DNA of 64,000 bases from an uncultured Ruminococcus sp. (GCA_902786975.1 CADAES010000017.1:7998-71997), one strand, 5' to 3'. Counted from the first letter of the stretch, positions 45,507 through 52,397 are shown. A program made the numbers and translations. The notes: generated by a model from the sequence alone, not told the origin.

Positions 45507-46832
45507 TCAGCCGGCGCTGGGGTCACACACAGCACCCATAAACACGGGCAGACCTGTTTGTGTATCCATTATCGCATATGCGAATGGTCTGTCAAGAACG
45601 ACTTTTGTTTGATCGGCAGGGGGCGCTGCGGAATCGACCATTTCGACTGCTGTTGCGGCTTCTGCCTTTGTTCCGCCCTCGGTGACCTCGATATGTGTCT
45701 TGTGGATCACCTTGCTGATATGGAGCTTAAAATCGGAGGACATATCCGAAAAGTCTGCACTTTCGTCCAGGAATGCGTCCTTGATGCCCATATCGGTAAG
45801 TGTCTTGTTAAGAGTTGCGCTGTAATCGGACTTGAACCTTGGCATATACACACTTATCTCTTCATTGGTAAGTCTGTTCTCGTAGAGCTTTGTGAACTTT
45901 TCGGCGGTGAGAGACCCGATATGATCCGAGAGGCTTGTTCCCTCGTTGGGGAGCAGTGCCATAAATGCATATCTTCCGCCCGCATAATCCTTGATAAAGC
46001 CTGTGGTGTCGGCGTCCCTGATATACTTTTTCGCTGTGCCCGACATCATATCGCACTTTACCACACTGCCGTCAGCTTTTGTAAAGGAAGCGCCCTTTTG
46101 TGTGTCACTTTCCTCGAATTCCTTTGCCCACTTTGCGTCGAATGCGAGACAGTTCACCAGCAAAGCCTTGTCGTCTTCCGAAAGCTCCTTGATTATCTCG
46201 GGTATCATCTTGTCGGTCTTATCGTTCACCCAAGAGTTTATCTGCTCGACGGTCTTATCGTTGAACGGTGCCCTGAACAGCTCTGCGTTGTAGGCCTCCT
46301 TGCAGGTGTTAGTAAACTTTGCCGTAAGGTCCTTGCCCTGTACGTCCTTTACCCATACGGAATTTGCCGACCTGAGCTGTCTGTAACTGTAGCTTTGGAT
46401 ACCGGAAAGGATAAGGTTAAAGTTTTTATTGAATGTGCCGATATCGGTATCTGCATACAGGACCTTTTTCATCTGCTCGGCTGTTTCGCCCTTTGCACCG
46501 TTTGCGGTCATTCCAAGAGCGATGGCACAGGACTCGGGCGAGATAAGGAAATTGCTGTTGTTTTCAAGCTCCTGCTTTGCTGTTCTTTTGAAAAGCTCGA
46601 CAGAAAAGCCGTTCACGCTGCTGATAAAGCCCTTGTCAAACTCGCTGCTGTCGGAGGTATCTGCCTTTTTGAATTCGATGTTGGCTGTCGGCTGAGCTAC
46701 ATCGTCGGCGAGGACGAACGAAGCGCTCTGAGCTGACTTGTTTTTGCTGCCGTTGTCATTCTGCTGGGAGCAGGCTGCCATTCCCATTACGATAGTGATA
46801 GCTATCACCGTACTTACGATCCTTTTCAACAT
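45507..46832 (-). CDS. serpin family lipoprotein (paralog 3)
   Basis: Lipobox VMGMAAC, hinge GTKAEAAT, DRPFAYAIMD. Start moved to MLKRIV. Confidence 0.9.
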   Translation of the reverse strand: MLKRIVSTVIAITIVMGMAACSQQNDNGSKNKSAQSASFVLADDVAQPTANIEFKKADTSDSSEFDKGFISSVNGFSVELFKRTAKQELENNSNFLISPESCAIALGMTANGAKGETAEQMKKVLYADTDIGTFNKNFNLILSGIQSYSYRQLRSANSVWVKDVQGKDLTAKFTNTCKEAYNAELFRAPFNDKTVEQINSWVNDKTDKMIPEIIKELSEDDKALLVNCLAFDAKWAKEFEESDTQKGASFTKADGSVVKCDMMSGTAKKYIRDADTTGFIKDYAGGRYAFMALLPNEGTSLSDHIGSLTAEKFTKLYENRLTNEEISVYMPRFKSDYSATLNKTLTDMGIKDAFLDESADFSDMSSDFKLHISKVIHKTHIEVTEGGTKAEAATAVEMVDSAAPPADQTKVVLDRPFAYAIMDTQTGLPVFMGAVCDPSAG

Positions 46833-46968
46833 TTTGATCTTCCCCTTTTTGTAAAAATGAATTTGCACGCTGTCTGTTTTATTTTGCGTACACTTGATAT
46901 ACGAACAAGGGGTGTGATTTTTATTGCGTCATTTTGCACAAACATTACAAAAAGGAACTGTGTATTCT

Positions 46969-48045
46969 TTACAAAGGCAAACAGTATAGGTTCGTTTCCC
47001 AGCAGGGATAGTATCTCGACTGGCGAAGGTAATACTTATAATCGGCGTTTATGCTGTTTATCAGCACAGGTATAAGGAAATAGTCGTAGGGCTTATGGTA
47101 GACAGCCGTACATATCTTCGGCGTATACTTTCTTATAGTATTTACGCTGCCAAGCAGAGCCTCGCAGTCTGCGCCCTCGACGTCGTACTTTACATAGGTA
47201 CAGCCGTCACGGGCTATGCTGTCAAGAGTTATCGCATCGACCGCAGCGCCTTTGTCGGATATCTTTGCCTGTCTGCCTGCGCCGAGCGAAAAGGTCAGCT
47301 GTGTACATTCACTCCACGCTGCGGCGTTATACAGGGTCACGTTTTCGAGCTTTGCGGTGTTTTCGCTGCACTTGCGGAAATTGCGCTTGTTCGGCTCGAC
47401 AGCTGCGATGCTTCGGTACTTTCCGCCCGTTTGGCTGACAAAGCTCTCGACGGTATCGCCTCTGTAAGCGCCGAGGTCGAAATACATCTCATCGTCGGTC
47501 AGCCCGAGAAGCTGTGCTGTCTTTTGCTCGTCACAGAAGCAATTTCGCAGGTACTGCGTATCCCCTGTTATCTTGAAAGCCGTGACACACTCAAATGTCT
47601 TTCTCGAAAGGTCGTCCTCAAGCAGGCTGTAAGCTTTGCGTGCTTTTGAGAACAGGTCAAAGAACCTGTCCTTGTCAAAATACCCGCAGTCGGTGACAGA
47701 GGTATCGGGGGCTATCAGTTCAAAGCGCTGTTCAATGCTTTCGATGCGTGCCATTATATCGTCAAGACTGCTGCCGAAGCCGAGAACGATGAGCTTGTCG
47801 GTCGGGTCGTTCATCACCTCGGAAAAGCTTTTCACCCTGAACCCGCAGAAGCTTTGCCCTCTCACAAAATCGTCGCTTGCAAAGACACCGTCACAGGTTA
47901 TCCCGAAGCGGTCAAACAGACGCAGTATCTTCTCGCTGCCGTTGCCCATACCATATATAAGCACAGGCTTGCCGCAATTCTTTATTCTTTCCCAGCTCGG
48001 AGTGAGCTGCTCGAAAAGCTTTCTGTCAAGTATATATCCGTTCAT
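46969..48045 (-). CDS. FkbM family methyltransferase with an N-terminal extension
   Basis: 358 aa. The C-terminal half has FkbM-like motifs (FDLGAYRGDT...YDVEGAD). Confidence 0.65.
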   Translation of the reverse strand: MNGYILDRKLFEQLTPSWERIKNCGKPVLIYGMGNGSEKILRLFDRFGITCDGVFASDDFVRGQSFCGFRVKSFSEVMNDPTDKLIVLGFGSSLDDIMARIESIEQRFELIAPDTSVTDCGYFDKDRFFDLFSKARKAYSLLEDDLSRKTFECVTAFKITGDTQYLRNCFCDEQKTAQLLGLTDDEMYFDLGAYRGDTVESFVSQTGGKYRSIAAVEPNKRNFRKCSENTAKLENVTLYNAAAWSECTQLTFSLGAGRQAKISDKGAAVDAITLDSIARDGCTYVKYDVEGADCEALLGSVNTIRKYTPKICTAVYHKPYDYFLIPVLINSINADYKYYLRQSRYYPCWETNLYCLPL

Positions 48046-48097
48046 TTCAACATCTCCAAAAAAGGACGGAAATCAACTTTCCGTCCTTGATAGCATA

Positions 48098-48526
48098 TCA
48101 GAAATAATTATCGTCTGCGTCGATATCACCGTCGATGAATGCATCGTCACTGTGTGCGCCGAACGAACCGCCGACCATGTCTCTGCCTCTTACACGGTAC
48201 TTGTCACGGTTGAGATTGATATATTTATCGAGCTGTTCAAGCACCTGTCTGGGCTTCTTGATCGACTTGACGATCTTTATCGGCGTATCGACGTCACGGA
48301 CGTGCATCTGGATAGTGCCGCACTTGAAGAGCCTCTGTCCGAGGGTAAGTATGAGCTTTTTATCGGTCACTCTGTAAAGCTCGAGCTCGTCCTCCTGGAC
48401 TCTGAGAAATCCGCTTCTCGTGATGAACTTGGTCTCGGTAAGGAAATACCTTGTGAAAGAAAGCGGCAAGCCGAAAAGTGTACGCTTTTTATCTGTCCAG
48501 ATATAATCGAACATATCCTTTTTCAT
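48098..48526 (-). CDS. PH-domain (bPH_2/YdbS-like) protein
   Basis: About 142 aa from MKKDMFDY. Family call is by resemblance only. Confidence 0.5.
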   Translation of the reverse strand: MKKDMFDYIWTDKKRTLFGLPLSFTRYFLTETKFITRSGFLRVQEDELELYRVTDKKLILTLGQRLFKCGTIQMHVRDVDTPIKIVKSIKKPRQVLEQLDKYINLNRDKYRVRGRDMVGGSFGAHSDDAFIDGDIDADDNYF

Positions 48527-48969
48527 ATTCTTTACCCCCGATTTTTTATTATTTCGGTGTCGGAGAAGGCATATCACAGCGCTGTTCACCCGACAAAAAC
48601 AGTTTATCACACTGCAGGCATTTTGTCAAGCGCCGAGGCTTGTTTCGTCACAGACTATATGAAAATATGAAACTAATTGTAAAATACTCTCATATTTGTA
48701 CATTCGTAATAAACATAGAACATCACTTTTAAATGAAACCTCAGCGGTTTTAAACCGGCACGGCGCATCCGGTCTTTACAGCTGAAACAGATTTCAGCGT
48801 TTTTGCGCACTTTCGCACGATAATCTGCTGCGATTTCATCAAATTTACAAGTCGTACACATTGTTGTATGAATGTGTCGAAACCTTCGACTCAAACCCGC
48901 CATTTATTAAGCTCAGATGAAAAAAAAGTAAAACTTGCTCGGACGGTATAAAAAAATGAAAGAAAAAGC

Positions 48970-48997
48970 TTGATTTTATTTTTTCGTGTGATATAAT
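48970..48997 (+). promoter_or_regulatory. sigma-A type promoter for the Spo0A-like gene
   Basis: TTGATT, 16-nt spacer, TGaTATAAT. Confidence 0.6.
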
Positions 48998-49035
48998 AAA
49001 TTCTGGCAATCAGCCGGAAAGGAAATGAAGGAAAA

Positions 49036-49797
49036 ATGACAAGACCCATTATGACAAACACCAACAGCATCAGGATACTGATAGCTAACAATGACGACAC
49101 CGCACTATCCCTTGCTACGACACTTGAAAACCACGGCGCAGATGTGAGCTATGCAAGCTGCGACCCGCTTCAGATACAGTTCGAGGTACTCAGGAGCCAG
49201 CCGGATGTGCTTGTTCTTCCAAGCATAACAAGGCACACAGAAAAGCTCTGCAAGCTTCTCAAAAGCTGCGAGCACGCACCTTACATCGTGCTTATTTCCG
49301 AGGACGGCATCGCATCGGAGGCGGTAAGGTACGCAGGCTGTGCCGACCTGTTTCTCAGCGAAAAGGACGATATGCTTGCACAGAAACTTTGTGCAAGGAT
49401 ATTCGGAGGCTGCAGCGCACCGATCCGCACTGACGGTGACAGACATCTTGAAGAAGCTATCGCACAGGCGCTTTTTGAGTTGTGCATCACGAGGGTATAC
49501 AACGGTTATTTCTATCTGAGCGAGGCTATAATGCTTGCGGTGAAGTCTGATATACTGACGAGGTTCATTTCAAAGGACATCTATCCCGAGGTCGCCGCCA
49601 AGTTCGGAGTTACTTCGTGCAGCGTTGAAAGAAACATAAGGACTGCTATCCACAGCGCTTGGCCGAGGATAAGCGTGGCTGTCAAGAGAAGATATTTCGG
49701 AACGTTTGCTCACGACGGCGAATGGACGCCGACAAACAGTAATTTCATTTACATCATAGCCGAAAGGATAATAAGAGACCAGAGCATGTACGCATAA
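49036..49797 (+). CDS. Spo0A-family protein with a degenerate receiver domain
   Basis: The C-terminus matches the Spo0A DNA-binding domain (YLSEAI...SVERNIRTAIHSAW...PTNSNFIYIIAERI). The N-terminal receiver has Pro where the phospho-Asp is expected (PDVLVLPSI). Confidence 0.8.
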   Translation: MTRPIMTNTNSIRILIANNDDTALSLATTLENHGADVSYASCDPLQIQFEVLRSQPDVLVLPSITRHTEKLCKLLKSCEHAPYIVLISEDGIASEAVRYAGCADLFLSEKDDMLAQKLCARIFGGCSAPIRTDGDRHLEEAIAQALFELCITRVYNGYFYLSEAIMLAVKSDILTRFISKDIYPEVAAKFGVTSCSVERNIRTAIHSAWPRISVAVKRRYFGTFAHDGEWTPTNSNFIYIIAERIIRDQSMYA

Positions 49798-49802
49798 CTC
49801 AG

Positions 49803-49837
49803 AAGGGAGCCATGAAATACCGGCTCCCTTTATTTAT
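49803..49837 (+). terminator. intrinsic terminator
   Basis: aagggagcc/ggctccctt stem followed by TATTTAT. Confidence 0.75.
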
Positions 49838-49974
49838 CGGCAGCATCCGCCTGCATCGTCAGCACAGGCTGTTCTGCGGACAAAGCGGTCTGCCTTGCCA
49901 CCAATGCTCAGTGCAAGGCTTTGCTGCCGTCAGTTCATACTATGCACGGTCATGCTGTACTGACATTGTGCAGT

Positions 49975-50006
49975 CATAAAAAAAGCGAGGCACGAAGCCT
50001 CGCTTT
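49975..50006 (-). terminator. intrinsic terminator of the structured RNA
   Basis: 10-bp stem AAAGCGAGGC/GCCTCGCTTT, then a U-run on the minus strand only. Confidence 0.75.
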
Positions 50007-50039
50007 AACACATACCGTGTGGTACGCTAAATAATAACC

Positions 50040-50247
50040 GCCTTGCCGTCGCACAGTTGATAAAACCCGCTCTCGCAGGTGGGTACCAGCCCAATGACTT
50101 CTCGCTCCCAACGTCCGGATACACACGGCACAAAGTCGGCGTGCACCGGGAGGTCTGCAATCCGTTTCTCGGAGACCCGGTTCCCTTTTAATTGTGTGTT
50201 GGATTTATAATGACCGTGCTCAACGCACAAGGCAGAAATCTTTTTCT
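50040..50247 (-). ncRNA. structured RNA with a cobalamin-riboswitch-like core; class unverified
   Basis: In order on the minus strand: AAUUAAAAGGGAA, a CCGGG...CCCGG hairpin, CGCCGACU, GGGAGCG, AAGUCA...ACCUGC. A long 5'/3' closing rod. No RBS-led ORF. Confidence 0.45.
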
Positions 50248-50253
50248 GTTATT

Positions 50254-50282
50254 ATGATAGCACATATGTAATGAATTATCAA
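50254..50282 (-). promoter_or_regulatory. sigma-A type promoter for the structured RNA
   Basis: On the minus strand: TTGATA (50282-50277), 17-nt spacer, TGcTATCAT (-10 at 50259-50254). Confidence 0.5.
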
Positions 50283-50365
50283 GTACAATTATATACAAAT
50301 CAATGTCCGAAAATTTGTACATTTATAACTACAAGTGCCTGACTTAAACGTTTTCTGAACGCTTA

Positions 50366-50743
50366 TCAGCTGAAATGCTTACCGTCACAGTCCGCATCGC
50401 CGCAGCCGCATTCCTCATCGTCGTCGTATTCAAACATCTCCTCGATGCGCTTCATGAACATATCGCCGATCCTTTCGTACTCGTCATCGTCGTCGATAGA
50501 AGCAAGTATCTCGTCGTTGTTCTCGTCAAACTCGGATTTGAGTATAACGACCTCGCCGCAGTCATCAAGCATCTTGTCAAGCTCCTGCTCGTCATAGTAC
50601 GGTGTGAGCGCATAATACTTCTCACCCTCGAATTCCATAACATCAAGAAGCTCAAAGCTCTGCTTATCGCCGTTCTCGTCCTCAAGCTCGTAAAGATCGG
50701 GTGTGTAATCCTCATTCATTTCGATCTCATTGTCCTTGCTCAC
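50366..50743 (-). CDS. DUF1292 family protein
   Basis: 125 aa, very acidic, with the typical core ELEDENGDKQSFELLDVMEFEGEKYYAL. Confidence 0.85.
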   Translation of the reverse strand: MSKDNEIEMNEDYTPDLYELEDENGDKQSFELLDVMEFEGEKYYALTPYYDEQELDKMLDDCGEVVILKSEFDENNDEILASIDDDDEYERIGDMFMKRIEEMFEYDDDEECGCGDADCDGKHFS

Positions 50744-50967
50744 CGTAGTTTCCCCCTTATCTCAAAAAATGTGATATGTTTTAACATATCACCCGGGTCA
50801 TCCCCTCAATGACTTCAATATAAACCAAAACGGCTAAACAAAAGGCTTTTCACGCCAAATTGCCCGCCGCAACAATATTATTATACTACATTATAAAAGG
50901 AATGTCAAGGCTTCTATTGTAAAAGTAATATTAAATATAAAATATGCAAAAAAGTTGAGAAAAACTA

Positions 50968-50996
50968 TTGACAAGTAACAAAAAGTGTGATATATT
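50968..50996 (+). promoter_or_regulatory. near-consensus sigma-A promoter of the long non-coding unit
   Basis: TTGACA, 17-nt spacer, TGaTATATT, with an AT-rich UP-like region upstream. Confidence 0.7.
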
Positions 50997-51460
50997 ATAT
51001 TCAAGAAAACAAGAACCGAACAGTTCACTTGAACGTGAAGCTGAACGGCAGCGAAAATACACAGCATCAGCGCAGATGCCTGCACCTTTCGCAGCACGGT
51101 TCCGAGGATGTCAGATGCCGCATATGCGGTGGTGCCAGCAATCGGACGGCTCGAGTTTTTGAGATCACGGGTCAGAACGGAAATAAGTGAACGCACTGCA
51201 ATACATGCACGATCCCCAACAAGCAGCGAAGTACTCCGGGAGATCTAAACTGACACGAAAGGAGCGAGTCCCATGGGCGTACTGGATATCAAGAGCGGTA
51301 GCCATAGGCTCGGCAGTTTCGACAATTAAGAGGATCAGGACACGGACATACGGGCCGTCAGATCTCAACAGTATGATTTACATAAACGAACTGCCTTGTC
51401 TTATGGAAAACGGAATTACTTATGAATCTTTACAGCAAGGCTACCATATATAATTGAATA

Positions 51461-52312
51461 TCAAGTCCGGTTTGGACACCGGCACACTATATTACATTTT
51501 AGGATTGGAGTTGTTTCCGATGCACGCTTCGGATCATTTTGACGAGAAAGAAATATCATGATAGAGTGAGTCCAATGTAATATCGTGTTTTTTCATCAAA
51601 CTTTAAATATATCTTATAAATATTTTTGGAGTGATGCGCTATGAAAATAGCAAACACCAGGTTCCTGAACATTTGAATCTAAGGAGTGAGTCCACCAAGA
51701 TATTTACGAGTTTGAAGCTCTTTTCAAAATAAGTTTCTGAACATATTTCTATGACGGGAGTGGTGCATATGATCTGCACATGCACAAAACGTTTGAATAT
51801 TTGACAGACAGGAGTGAGTCCGCCGGAAAGTTCAGCTTTTACCTGAAATTCAGGTAGTATGATTTGATTTGAAATAAACCGAAAGGAAATTGATCCAATG
51901 GCTCTATAAACTGCGTTTTTACGCACAGTACGAATTTTTACTTACGGTCAAAAAACTTTTACCATTGTGGCCAGACTTCAAATTTTGAGAGGTAATAAAT
52001 CCGATGGGTTAAATATTTTTAATATCAGATATTCAACATCATGGCGGAAATTGATCCGACAAAGTTGATGTCTGTGAGCACAAAATTTAATGAAGGGCGT
52101 GAGTCCAAAGTACTATTTAACTTGAATTCGACTTTATAGTTATATATCTTTTGAAGGGACTGAGTCCAAAATTCTGTTTTAAATGATGGATGGCAAGCAG
52201 GGGCTTGTCTATATGGACCAATTTAATTCTACGAAAGGTGTAAAGTCCAATGGCTTAATTCAATTTCAAACCAACTATCTTATTTGAATTGGAGTGAGTT
52301 GCGATGTGCTAA
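51461..52312 (+). repeat. array of about 13 degenerate units (period 50-105 nt) with core aAGGAGTGAGTCCaATG
   Basis: Cores at 51505, 51563, 51626, 51681, 51756, 51809, 51881, 51987, 52044, 52092, 52153, 52233 and 52289. An upstream A/T-rich TTTGAAYATTTGA-like box is often present. Confidence 0.7.
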
Positions 52313-52349
52313 CTAAATAGTACATATGCAAAAAAATATTGATATATAC

Positions 52350-52383
52350 GAGAGCAGCAGTGTTTGCTGCTCTCTTTATTTTT
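52350..52383 (+). terminator. strong intrinsic terminator
   Basis: Perfect 10-bp stem GAGAGCAGCA/TGCTGCTCTC followed by TTTATTTTT. Confidence 0.85.
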
Positions 52384-52397
52384 GTGTCTGAACCTAT

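Larger units (their letters stand above)
51003..52383 (+). ncRNA. predicted non-coding transcript of about 1.38 kb (helix-rich 5' domain plus 3' repeat array), unknown class
   Basis: Bracketed by the promoter at 50968-96 and the terminator at 52350-83. The only ORFs are short, overlapping and unconvincing. GC drops sharply at about 51460. Confidence 0.55.

Noticed and set aside
45504-46736. Long antisense ORFs (for example 45504-46736, 4605-5618, 29005-30303, 30480-31373, 57365-58414, 26170-27042, 15133-16104, 16269-17216)
   Set aside because: Each lies opposite a gene with clear family motifs. They have non-canonical starts, no RBS, and Arg/Cys/His-rich composition typical of shadow frames.
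48673-48903. 76-aa ORF with CxxC...CxxC (possible zinc-ribbon protein) in the 48527-49035 intergenic region
   Set aside because: No SD precedes either candidate ATG, and there is no recognisable family. It is left unannotated and would need conservation or Ribo-seq evidence.
50075-50100. T-box leader (GGGCTGGTACCCAC resembles the T-box GGGTGGTACC)
   Set aside because: There is no stem I, specifier or AG-box features, the terminator does not overlap the putative T-box, and no downstream gene is present.
50040-50247. SRP (scRNA/4.5S) RNA, 6S RNA or tmRNA
   Set aside because: The universal SRP domain IV motif (GGUCCGGAAGGAAGCAGC) is absent on both strands. A plus-strand CUGCAAUCCG Alu-like match has no S domain after it. 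The multi-helix head does not fit the single rod with central bubble of 6S. No tRNA-like ends are present for tmRNA.
50987-51453. Track ORFs 50968-51162, 50987-51190 and 51187-51453 as protein genes
   Set aside because: They overlap each other in different frames. Their non-ATG starts either lack an SD or have only a weak one (GTG at 51187). They are rich in Arg/Cys/Gln with no domain resemblance, and they coincide with strong RNA helices. Only the tiny SD-led mini-ORFs look translatable.
51003-51460. RNase P RNA
   Set aside because: Short resemblances exist: AAAGUCCAAUGGCU-like cores, and ACAGUAUGAUUUACAUAAACG compared with the type-B ACAAAACAUGGCUUACAGAACG. But the GAGGAAAGUCC element is absent, the motifs are only about 110 nt apart, and the order and spacing do not fit a 350-400 nt RNase P.
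51461-52312. CRISPR array
   Set aside because: The mean period of about 65 nt is CRISPR-like. However, the repeats are short (about 15-25 nt conserved) and highly degenerate, spacing varies from 50 to 105 nt, and no cas genes or tracrRNA-like anti-repeat occur in the window.
51461-52312. Plasmid or phage iteron-type replication origin
   Set aside because: There is no rep, initiator or DnaA-box context, and spacing is irregular and much larger than the helical phasing of iterons. The conserved ATG at fixed distance from an SD-like core points to an RNA-level function.
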